Source: a virus
Reading direction: 5' to 3' (one strand)
DNA: 64,000 nucleotides
Virus record (IMG/VR): IMGVR_UViG_3300045988_100778
Coordinates: 41,345 to 105,344 of that record
The translations under genes and the position numbers were made by a program. Positions 20,601 to 26,600 of the stretch are shown here, piece after piece (the first letter of the stretch is position 1; each line of letters starts with the position of its first letter). The notes under the pieces are model-generated. The model was not told the origin of the DNA and did no database searches. It saw only the letters and a list, made by a program, of their open reading frames with translations.

Positions 20601-21913
20601 TATATTCATTTTCAAGACCTGGAATTGCTGCTCCATTTATAAATGCTTCTGTAATAACAACTTCTTCCAATGGTTCTTTTCAATATAATATCGGAACTGA
20701 CTTTAGTTCAAGTGAAGTCTTAATGGCAGATTTTCTTTATCTGTCTCTTTGGGGTGAAGCTTCTTATAATTACACTTTTGTAATGTATAGTGTAACAAGA
20801 TATTCATTAGCGGCTTATTATTGTCAAATAAGAATTTTAAAACAGACTGGTCAAATGCAACAATCTACATATTTTTTGCAAGAAGTTAGTTATGATGATT
20901 TGCCATACATAAAAGATATTTTAAATAATTTTTGTTACAAGAATTATTACGTTCCTTTATTGAATTATGGAGAAAACCAGGATGATAATTATATTTATAT
21001 AGTAACGGGAATGGATTGTTTCGAATCTACTGATTATGTAATAAGTTATTCTATAGATTATCAGAATACACCTGGGAGTCTTTGGAGCAGAAACCGTCTT
21101 CAAATTAGTGGTAATTCGAGAGTAAGTTCTGGTGCTGTAAAGAGATTCTTGTTTACACAAAGTAGTCACGAACTTTCCGTACTGGTATATGGTAAAAGAA
21201 ATGATGTAAATAATAAATGCCATGCTGCTGTGTTATCGTTTAAAAGTTCAGAATGGAGTCATATAAGAAGTGGTTCAATCGCCAATAATGTTTGGTCTGT
21301 ATATGACAATTTCCCGGCTGCATTTACTGACAAAATGGGTAATAATATGTGGGTTTCAAGTAATCTGAAATGGATGTTTGCTGTTTTGTATGGAACAACA
21401 GACAAACCGTATGGAAAGGGCCTCGTTACTGTAAAGAGTGCAACACCTATTATTGGGAAAACTGGCTGGTCTTTAACTACTTATTATATAGATGATGATT
21501 CAACATTGGAAATACGAAATGCAGTTGCTAATAAATACGTTCTTGATATTATTTTCAATAGCACTGACTATAAGATGATTGTATTATGTAACAGTCTGAT
21601 AGGTTCTGGATTAGACCAAGATACTTATTATTCTTTTATCAGTCCAGATTATTTATATTGCTTTGTTTATAACGGAAAGAAATGGATGGAATTTTCAAAA
21701 GAGAGTGTAGGAATGAGTACGTTGTGGAATAGATATGATAATTATAAGACAATACCTGGCGGTGGAACGTTTGTCGATTACAAACCTTATTTTAATGTTA
21801 TGGGTGTTACTGGTATATATGATAGTAACAGAAATATTTCTTTTGTCTATCCAGCAAAATATTCAACTTATGAACCAACAGCTTATGAATATAGTCTGAC
21901 ATTTGGTGATTGA
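11633..21913 (+). CDS. Giant (3426 aa) baseplate-J-like::tail-fibre fusion protein with a long array of beta-sandwich repeats and a switchable C-terminal tip
   Basis: The N-terminal ~400 aa fit the Baseplate_J/gp47 pattern (SATGDYLDKSAALFGVSPRKEALGSSTYVRVFAEPGTHYEVGTKF). At least ~20 CarboxypepD_reg-like repeats follow (..G..I.ING....TD..G.A.I.L.NG.YEY.V.K.GY). There are five larger FYSNPTQ.HT.T modules and a CBM-like insert. The C-terminal ~494 aa lie inside the inverted-repeat-bounded segment. Confidence 0.85.
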   Translation: MITKTANTIANLKNLWIEMFLNKTDRVSNIADGSVLNGVAYGTAKVAQKAIKDIAIVEAQIFPKSATGDYLDKSAALFGVSPRKEALGSSTYVRVFAEPGTHYEVGTKFISKNGVQFTVDQPFTVDKSGYGYISVRSVITGSATNVEANSITEVSPRPLTHIECTNEYAAIGGRDYEDDETFRNRIINYNNKLSTDTMEGWTQIFQDLDPRILKVMNVGLGEDGKTHIYLVTQNGSFFTDDELEELLTKATPYFGLTELDLQGNTLGIVIENAKWMYVGGEEGVDFRVELSPNAVIADVRKNIQIAMTKYLDFRFWEAGKKVEWDDLLEVVKTAEGVKYVPDEYFFPYFDEEVPLNMLPRIKGFRMRDLEGNILYDSGSSLSNIFYPAGESDIYKGSQSVIASQKYLCSFTVTNTKNVAVPGAYITIGNKVIITDSNGTANILLENGEYTYILSKTNWTQKTGEFVVLNNPIYININDFIATPYPVTFTVYEGEAPLQGVTVTTSVYTSETDDKGQAVINLEPGTYEYKLEKSGFQTIESVFTVENQPVDIFQRMFLTKMNVNFAVIDRNRSIYIPEANITINDIKEKTDNEGQASMGLQTGKYEMRVAKEDYQDLVKEIEIVGEDPNCILVEMTAIPYAIKFTVLDSATHMVLEGATIKINGSTYLTDKEGIAIISLPNGTYEYTVFKSGYMSVNDFVVVEGSEVSKIVELEQAFYTFRLTVRDIENGNYIQGAELQINGETRVTNVNGVASVTLGNGDYEYTVTHRNYKRYTGTVTIKDQDVPETIYLELRDTVITYTATDAITKAPISGVYIELINKGTGIKVDSGYTNDIGVLQLGAEAGEYTWNATHRYYDAVENQSITLEKLKDIDLPFTMTRREIEPEVDVIENIPGVSGDATTVRFSGENTAETLSNDSYYYIVHTPENFVIPNKGVTFDLMEHVKTFRRAEIGGEDEPYDFASGGAELVFNVSNDEIASLEGTMLTVQPNVTRDAQPRTFYVDVTITTPVSQVTVKITAEQKAALNFNPVKDGIVVSVKNMYNDNVREYTTNAAGKIFPEVMLGIDYQLTIKEKGFYENNGLLIKNWGFGASVPTLMEITASKRLELRVKQQNTLRPLENATIKVSGMSLPQTVTSGSDGSARVYISPIAMSYECTVTDHTKKTGTFTPPLSADYMDIIMGYAAMTFSLTLTASNPYSKAAESCPVTVTSAWSGTSSQSYSFSGTTDASGQLTSQGNGNFNIPPGNYTITYGGGNSNFDGKTENIYLPTDKTHSAVLTRRTKSVTFTVKEIIPSISTTASNPVKTGLVLACYYNDNSTSSGANVTTNASGQFTKTVYAGIAERFQVQPIGFYSGNGAIATVNYKDANTKDLVYTCSKRIPVYITSNLYGELSGASVTFNGMSVNQTGTTNTDGIVQMYISPVNMSYSVSKQHYNTKTGNFKPTGTETRMDIELEAKEYPVTFHVSTQGVLPPDGILVRVTNNALPDIVFEGETNVEGTIVMPNVPVGEYTYDVLAGEVSSDTFFHPQSESGTVLDVEVQYELINAGIQVSEVYGTAGRAYLSNQTITMTSKAGTIKLTLDENGYTNQLLIKGLEYTFTTDSYPAFYSNPTQSYTWTEDGVIWPFNLNVTSKITVNVKDVYVKNNIQGVTVAYNEQIVTTDASGNASLFRSALTKDYSLDKEDYSTVNGTIAPTTASPLNVTMLRNKHVVTVQQYEVIPGGASVILDGGYNFTLNYTSAAGNGTISSGTNTFEAYIGIPITFAIVAENRRVFYSNPTQTHTFTSAGEKWNMNLTCAKQITVNVKDNVPGANVQGATINYFTQTKTTDASGNAVFYWSGSDPRNISVSASNLESYTGQIAYNSPNPFNVVMTRAANPVTLVVREITPAQTTYYQNLQIKYTVGSATGTLTTNANGAVTFNGYIGTEMTFTVVGHPEFYSNPTQKHTYTAANQSWTMDLTVTAKITINVKSNVPSGTNLSRATVSYFHQTGTTDNSGNVSLYRSSVTRNVDITATYHGNYRGSITSDTASPFNAVMTRSTATVSLGVSEVVRVTPKYMLEITTDASSAVTPRLGGFYFGTPTAANKEFVAYFRAKIPADRKLIFASNATGDNPIRKWVNSNDGKGTGGWYTYAYYVRCGSTGRFSTTNFFYIEGGSRPITWYLEMATVFDITGSNVQNKSDAEILSKCTFDRMLSGNKDFLFNEGSNRIRWYNNSNTNAVTVTRKAASGTDTFNFTMATYASMKMNFSPAASTSPLTLDTNGNVSFVCYLGTPVTFTPTTRANYYSNPNTALTYTAAGQFQGIYLICNQKITINTVANIYNTSNALAGTITYFGQTLPSGGSFYRSGLDRQMTATAQYFNNYVGTVTATQTSPYTVTMNRTTRTVTLIVRESVGSNEYTLSNAVIVRSVPSTSNAPAGEITLDANGKKTNTVYAGISYTYTPKNYASYYSNASQGHTWTSENEQWIMTLNVTARLTFNIKSSNYGTNISGVSCSYLGQTGTTDSSGNWTVYRSGISRSYSFSKTNYNALSGTLSAAQASPLNLKMSETSSSITITIKDYYQSAVKGNANGCPVTLTNKSLSSITFTGTTNSSGQVSFGPMIAGSYTLSWGGGTSYWVNGSTTITMPTATTTQNAVRLTKIVGNVFYFQTPATGTAFKYWAVNTLLKPVYTTGGVATTVTLVKSGATYYDIGNYTYIAGIATTISTAVATYFRTGSSTNTASVYSVTPTYNFNNIPGVTSSAPLCSYAIKGIVVTVQNSYTNAAVNGATIKMYGINGSNVVGGAGDGAVQTVTTNSAGQATVYISGLTNRYIVSATRYVTLNTTNTNTSNFTIKLVPSEVTITINVNNASTGSRVGSGVIVKLSSNNTSTTYSGTTNSSGQVVLKIKPGNYWWEAGGSTTWGGNGTGTWNYPNRSTTSISLIKDQSITIEALKVGVWVDSGSVYFGFKNNESFYTGINRENGGSDYIAHIGSSQAFMMNIPSDVNTSNYTVKKFLYSFSRPGIAAPFINASVITTSSNGSFQYNIGTDFSSSEVLMADFLYLSLWGEASYNYTFVMYSVTRYSLAAYYCQIRILKQTGQMQQSTYFLQEVSYDDLPYIKDILNNFCYKNYYVPLLNYGENQDDNYIYIVTGMDCFESTDYVISYSIDYQNTPGSLWSRNRLQISGNSRVSSGAVKRFLFTQSSHELSVLVYGKRNDVNNKCHAAVLSFKSSEWSHIRSGSIANNVWSVYDNFPAAFTDKMGNNMWVSSNLKWMFAVLYGTTDKPYGKGLVTVKSATPIIGKTGWSLTTYYIDDDSTLEIRNAVANKYVLDIIFNSTDYKMIVLCNSLIGSGLDQDTYYSFISPDYLYCFVYNGKKWMEFSKESVGMSTLWNRYDNYKTIPGGGTFVDYKPYFNVMGVTGIYDSNRNISFVYPAKYSTYEPTAYEYSLTFGD
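20353..20430. repeat. Inverted repeat, left copy (IR-L), 78 bp, inside the giant fibre gene
   Basis: It is the exact reverse complement of 23487-23564 (78/78, checked base by base). In frame it encodes NRSTTSISLIKDQSITIEALKVGVW. Confidence 0.95.
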
Positions 21914-21918
21914 TTTAA

Positions 21919-21976
21919 TAAAGAGTAACTATATACCTAAACATTCTTGATGTAAATGGTATATAGTTACTCTTTA
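21919..21976. terminator. Bidirectional terminator-like hairpin between the two convergent fibre tips
   Basis: A 19-bp perfect stem TAAAGAGTAACTATATACC(21919-21937)/GGTATATAGTTACTCTTTA(21958-21976) has a 20-nt loop and A/T-rich flanks on both sides. Confidence 0.65.
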
Positions 21977-21997
21977 ATTAATATGAACACTTATTTA

Positions 21998-23563
21998 TTA
22001 GTCTCCGAAAGTCAGTTTAGCGTAATAAGCTGTCGTATTTTCGTTATATGAAGGGAAGGAATAACTCATATCCCAAGAACCAAGATAATTAGGATTGACA
22101 TTAAAGAATGGTTTGTATTTTGCACCAGAACTTCCAGAGGATATATATTTATTCCAGAAATTAGTAAATCCTACTGTACTATAAGGTATATTTACCCATT
22201 TTTTACCATTATACATAAATGTAAATAAATGAGTTGGATGAATACCTTCTATATATTGGTCTAATGTCTTTCCTCCTTGTGCTCCTACTGTATCGTTACA
22301 GAGAACAATCATTTTATTTTCATTCTTATTAAACTGAATTTCAAGTACATAATAATTTGCAAGTGTATTTCTTAAATCTGCTGTAGAGCTATCGTTAATG
22401 GAATAAGTAGCTATCTCATTCCAACCAATATTTACGCTAAAAAGTGAATTTGAACTTGTAACTGTATTAATACCTTTCCCTATTCCGTAATTCCCCCTTT
22501 TGCAATACATCAGTGTCTTCATATCTGTTGTTACCCAAGCATTCAAACCAAAATCATCTGTAATTGCAGAAGGAATATTATTGTAAAAAAACCAAAAATT
22601 ATTTCCTTGATTATCATCTATATAATTCCATGTAGGAGCACCTCTAAATATAAATATCCCAACCATATTAATTCCTCCAGGGTTTGATGTAGCAGATGAA
22701 TCTGGGCCGAAACCTAATATTATTAATATTCTATTTTTATAATCAATATGTAGTTTTTTATAAAAAAGGATTTTGAATACTTTTGAAACTGTCACCGAAG
22801 AATTTATGTCGAATTGATGACCTGTTGTACCGCTACCTATGCTCCATGAGTTAATTTTAAATCTTACCAGATTGATTGCTGAATTATATATCGGTGTAAT
22901 ATAACAGTTATTATATGAATATTCATTATATATAATATCTGATTCGTCTCTTGTAAAAAGTTGTGTGATAGAATTGCGTATAGAATAATTATTGCTAAAA
23001 TTAAATATCCAATTATCTTCTTGGCCAAAAATCTCAAATTTGAGATAATTTAGACTTCCACGTCTTACATTAAATTCCATCCATGTTATTCTATATGCAG
23101 AAGAATTACTGAGAAAGGTTCCTACAATATTTTGAAAATCACCGTCAGAACTTTTACTGAGATACAAGCTTCCTTGCATATAATAATATCCCGACAATAT
23201 GTTATCACTAAAGACATTAGGAAGTCCTGGAACCAAAACACTCGTACGTGTATATAAAAAATTATATGGGTCTATTCCCAAAGAAATAATTGTTTTACCT
23301 TGCGGAACATCTTGGTTTACAGAGCTGTCATTTGTATTGTAAGTTAAGACCATAGAACAAGAAGAACTTGGATATCTTTTATTTTCTGTTACTTCTGAAC
23401 TTGTTATATTGTTGTAATACACTAACCCAGTATATGAATTTTTTCTTGTAACGGCGACAGCATCTCCACCACTCCATTCATCACTCACCCACACCCCTAC
23501 CTTTAGAGCCTCTATTGTTATGGACTGGTCTTTGATGAGAGAGATTGAGGTAGTGGAACGGTT
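21998..23563 (-). CDS. Promoterless alternative fibre C-terminal cassette (paralogue of the tip encoded at 20431-21913)
   Basis: It is the only long minus-strand ORF. Its frame is open through IR-R and is closed by a TAG at 23564-23566. It has no ATG or SD of its own; the track's start at 23494 is a GTG inside the repeat. It shares the ...KMIVLCN..., NGKKW, YKPFFNV and LTFGD-COOH landmarks with the giant fibre C-terminus. Confidence 0.75.
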   Translation of the reverse strand, partial: NRSTTSISLIKDQSITIEALKVGVWVSDEWSGGDAVAVTRKNSYTGLVYYNNITSSEVTENKRYPSSSCSMVLTYNTNDSSVNQDVPQGKTIISLGIDPYNFLYTRTSVLVPGLPNVFSDNILSGYYYMQGSLYLSKSSDGDFQNIVGTFLSNSSAYRITWMEFNVRRGSLNYLKFEIFGQEDNWIFNFSNNYSIRNSITQLFTRDESDIIYNEYSYNNCYITPIYNSAINLVRFKINSWSIGSGTTGHQFDINSSVTVSKVFKILFYKKLHIDYKNRILIILGFGPDSSATSNPGGINMVGIFIFRGAPTWNYIDDNQGNNFWFFYNNIPSAITDDFGLNAWVTTDMKTLMYCKRGNYGIGKGINTVTSSNSLFSVNIGWNEIATYSINDSSTADLRNTLANYYVLEIQFNKNENKMIVLCNDTVGAQGGKTLDQYIEGIHPTHLFTFMYNGKKWVNIPYSTVGFTNFWNKYISSGSSGAKYKPFFNVNPNYLGSWDMSYSFPSYNENTTAYYAKLTFGD

Positions 23564-23564
23564 C
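23487..23564. repeat. Inverted repeat, right copy (IR-R), 78 bp
   Basis: It is the exact reverse complement of 20353-20430. Confidence 0.95.
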
Positions 23565-23644
23565 TACAGTATTTTTCGTCGTGTTTGTTTTCGTAATATC
23601 CAAAATTAATCGTATTTTTACCGTGCAATTAATTGTAGTTCAAC

Positions 23645-26600
23645 ATGGAAGTAAAACAGAAGAAAGAAAACCCGTGTGGGGGATTATTTTTACCCCAGTC
23701 CACACCTATATATGATAATTTGCCTTTCAGTCGTTTTTTCGAGGAAAACGACAAGGAAGTAATACGGTGGGCAGAAAATGTACTTGAAAAACTGGAAGGA
23801 AGGGGAATTTTGCCTACATTCCTAAAGAAGAAAGAGAACGAGGATTTCCGTGCATTCTGGGGAACCATAACCCATATATTCGCTTTGATAGTTCTGTATG
23901 CAAGACAATACAAAAAGATAGACACGAATCAGATTTTGTTCGAGATGTTTATTCAGAACAGAGGTCTTGTTACTAACATGGTGGACAGCCAGGAACAGAT
24001 GAAATACCTATTTTATAATTACCTGGAAGAATATTCAAAGCGTGGAAGACTTGACATCATAAGCAAGGAAGGCGAGATATTGGGAGAATTGTTGCGACTG
24101 ATAAGATACAATTCGTTGGACGAGTTTATATTTGCCTTGTTGAGACCGGAAGCTACGGGGTGGGCGATGGGACATAGTTCGCCTACATGTGACCGGACGA
24201 ATACGGTAATGAATGTATCAAAAGCGTATGAATATACAAAAGGAGTAGAGGATTTGAATAATTATCCTCTATTGATACCGGAAAGTATAAGTATAACGCA
24301 GGACGAAAACGGGAATGATGGAGAGATATTCAACGCTATGACATTTTTTGGCAACCAAGCCGTGGGTATAGACGGAAGGGTGGATTTGGACAAGCTTATA
24401 ATTATAGACCCGAACCTATCCTATGAAATATCATTGCAAGTAAAGGTGTCGGCTACAGACAATGAAAACCTAAAGTTTGGAGTAGCAGGCTATGAAACGG
24501 TAGATGGCGAGCCATTGCCTATGGGGATATTGGAAAACGGACAGATAACCGGAAGCTCTCTATGGTTCCACGAAAACGAATATTTAGACATAAAGAACGA
24601 GGGCATGTATTACTACATAAAAGGAATACTGCTGTCAACGAACGAGAAGTTTTTGAACGCACCTACGCTTAATTTCCCGTCTGGACGTGCTTTGTCGATA
24701 ATGCCGGGAATGAAGTATATCGCACCTATATTTATCCAGGAAAGAACGGTCGGGAATCACCCGTATGTATATATATACGATTTTCATGTGAAACCCTTAT
24801 ATCTGCCGTTTTCACAAGGATATTTGGGTGAACGCGATATTATAGCCGCCTACTACAAGAACAACGCATATCAGAGACAGTTCACCGTAGAGACCTTCCT
24901 AAAAAATTACCTTGTTGGATATAAGAACATATTCGGCAGTGAATTGATACGTCCTTATGTAGGAGAGGAAGAATATCAGATATTGTTCAAGGTATTTTCA
25001 AACCGGAATAAGTATATACCCAATGCGAAGATAACGGTAAACGGGGAAGAACTGATAACGGACGTTAACGGTGAGGCGAAGATAACGCTGCCGCGCGGAC
25101 AATGGTATTACGAGGTGGAAGCAGAAAACTTTGAAAGCGTGGAAAACACCTTATTGGTGGACAAGGATGCTGTAGAATATGTACAGTTAATGGGAGCCGC
25201 CTATGAACGGGTGGTTACGTTCTTTGTGCGCAACAAGGAGACAAAAGACTGGATGCAGAACGTGAAAGTGTCCTTTGCAGGAAAGGTGCAATATACCGGA
25301 AGCAACGGTATAGCGACATTCGAGGTATTTCCTGGTATATATGAATATGTGGCAGAATACGAGGACTATTATACAGTAAGAAGAAATGCTGAAATAGTGG
25401 ATTCTACCAATATCGAAATCGAGATGGAAAAGATACCTTACTATAACGTGACTTTCCGTATAAGGGATGGTGTGGAACCAGTATCGGGCGCATCCGTATT
25501 GGTGACGGGTGAGGGAATTCCTAATCAGACCGGAAGTTCTAATGCGCAGGGTCTTGCAACCGGGTTCGTATATCCGGCAGGAACGTATCATTATAAGGTT
25601 GTTAAGGAAGAATATGTGACGGTAGAAAATGACTTCACAATATACGGCAATGCCGTTATTGACGTGCAGTTCCACCCTATACCGAAATATAAGATAAATT
25701 TTATTGTGAGAAGCAACGGCTTGCCAGTGTCAAAGGCAGACGTGACGTTCAATGGAACGACGCTGCAAACGGCAAGTAACGGAGTTGTGACGTTCATAGA
25801 CATAGCAGGGGAATATAACTGGAAGGTGACAAAGACCGAATTCTATGCAAAGGACGGTACCGTAGAAGTTATCGACCAGGACGTGACGATAGAAGTTGAC
25901 TTGGTGCAGATGGGTTACTTGATTGACTTCTATGTGACGGACGAGGACAACACTCCATTAGACGATGCTTTGGTAACGATAGGAACGGAAGCGATAAGCA
26001 CGAGTGGAGGACAAGCGCAGTTTGTCCGGATATCGGGCGGCTATAACTGGACTGTACAGAAAGAAGGATATTATACCAAGCAGGGTGTAGTGACGGTGAA
26101 CGGGGAGAACAAGCGCGTGGACGTGCAATTGAAGCTTGTCACCTATGATATCATCTTTACTGTGAGGATGAATAATCAGCCAGTAAGGAACCAGCCCGTT
26201 GTGCTTGGAGTGGGAGAAGGAGAACAGACAGTCAATACGGATGGGAGCGGAAACGCGGTATTTAACCGTGTACCAGGCAGTTACCCGTGGAGTGTAAATA
26301 AAGAGGGGTACGAACCGAGAACTGGAACGGCAGTTTTGATAAACCAGCCTTTAGCCATAACGGTAGACCTTGTTAAGCAGACCGGAAAACTGACGGTAAA
26401 AGTTCTTGACGTAGAGACAGAACAGCCTATACAGAATGCAGTGGTGACGATAAACGGGGAGACGAGATATTCCAACAACAACGGTATTGCTGCAAGTTGG
26501 ACGTTAGAACTTGGTGTATGGGAATGGAGTGCCTCACAGCAAGACTATAACCCAGCAAAGGGTAATGTCAACATAAAGCCAGGAGAAAACGAGTACACCA

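Larger units (their letters stand above)
20353..23564. other. Putative invertible DNA segment (fibre-tip switch), bounded by the 78-bp inverted repeats
   Basis: The perfect inverted repeats bracket two convergent paralogous fibre C-termini. The interior is visibly more AT-rich than the upstream fibre sequence. Inversion itself has not been observed and is inferred from the architecture. Confidence 0.6.

Noticed and set aside
23492-23494. The GTG used by the ORF track as the start of the minus-strand 498-aa ORF
   Set aside because: This GTG lies inside the 78-bp inverted repeat, where it encodes an internal Val of the fibre in the other copy. It has no SD or promoter. The frame stays open upstream to the TAG at the repeat edge. 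The ORF is better read as a promoterless cassette than as an independent gene.
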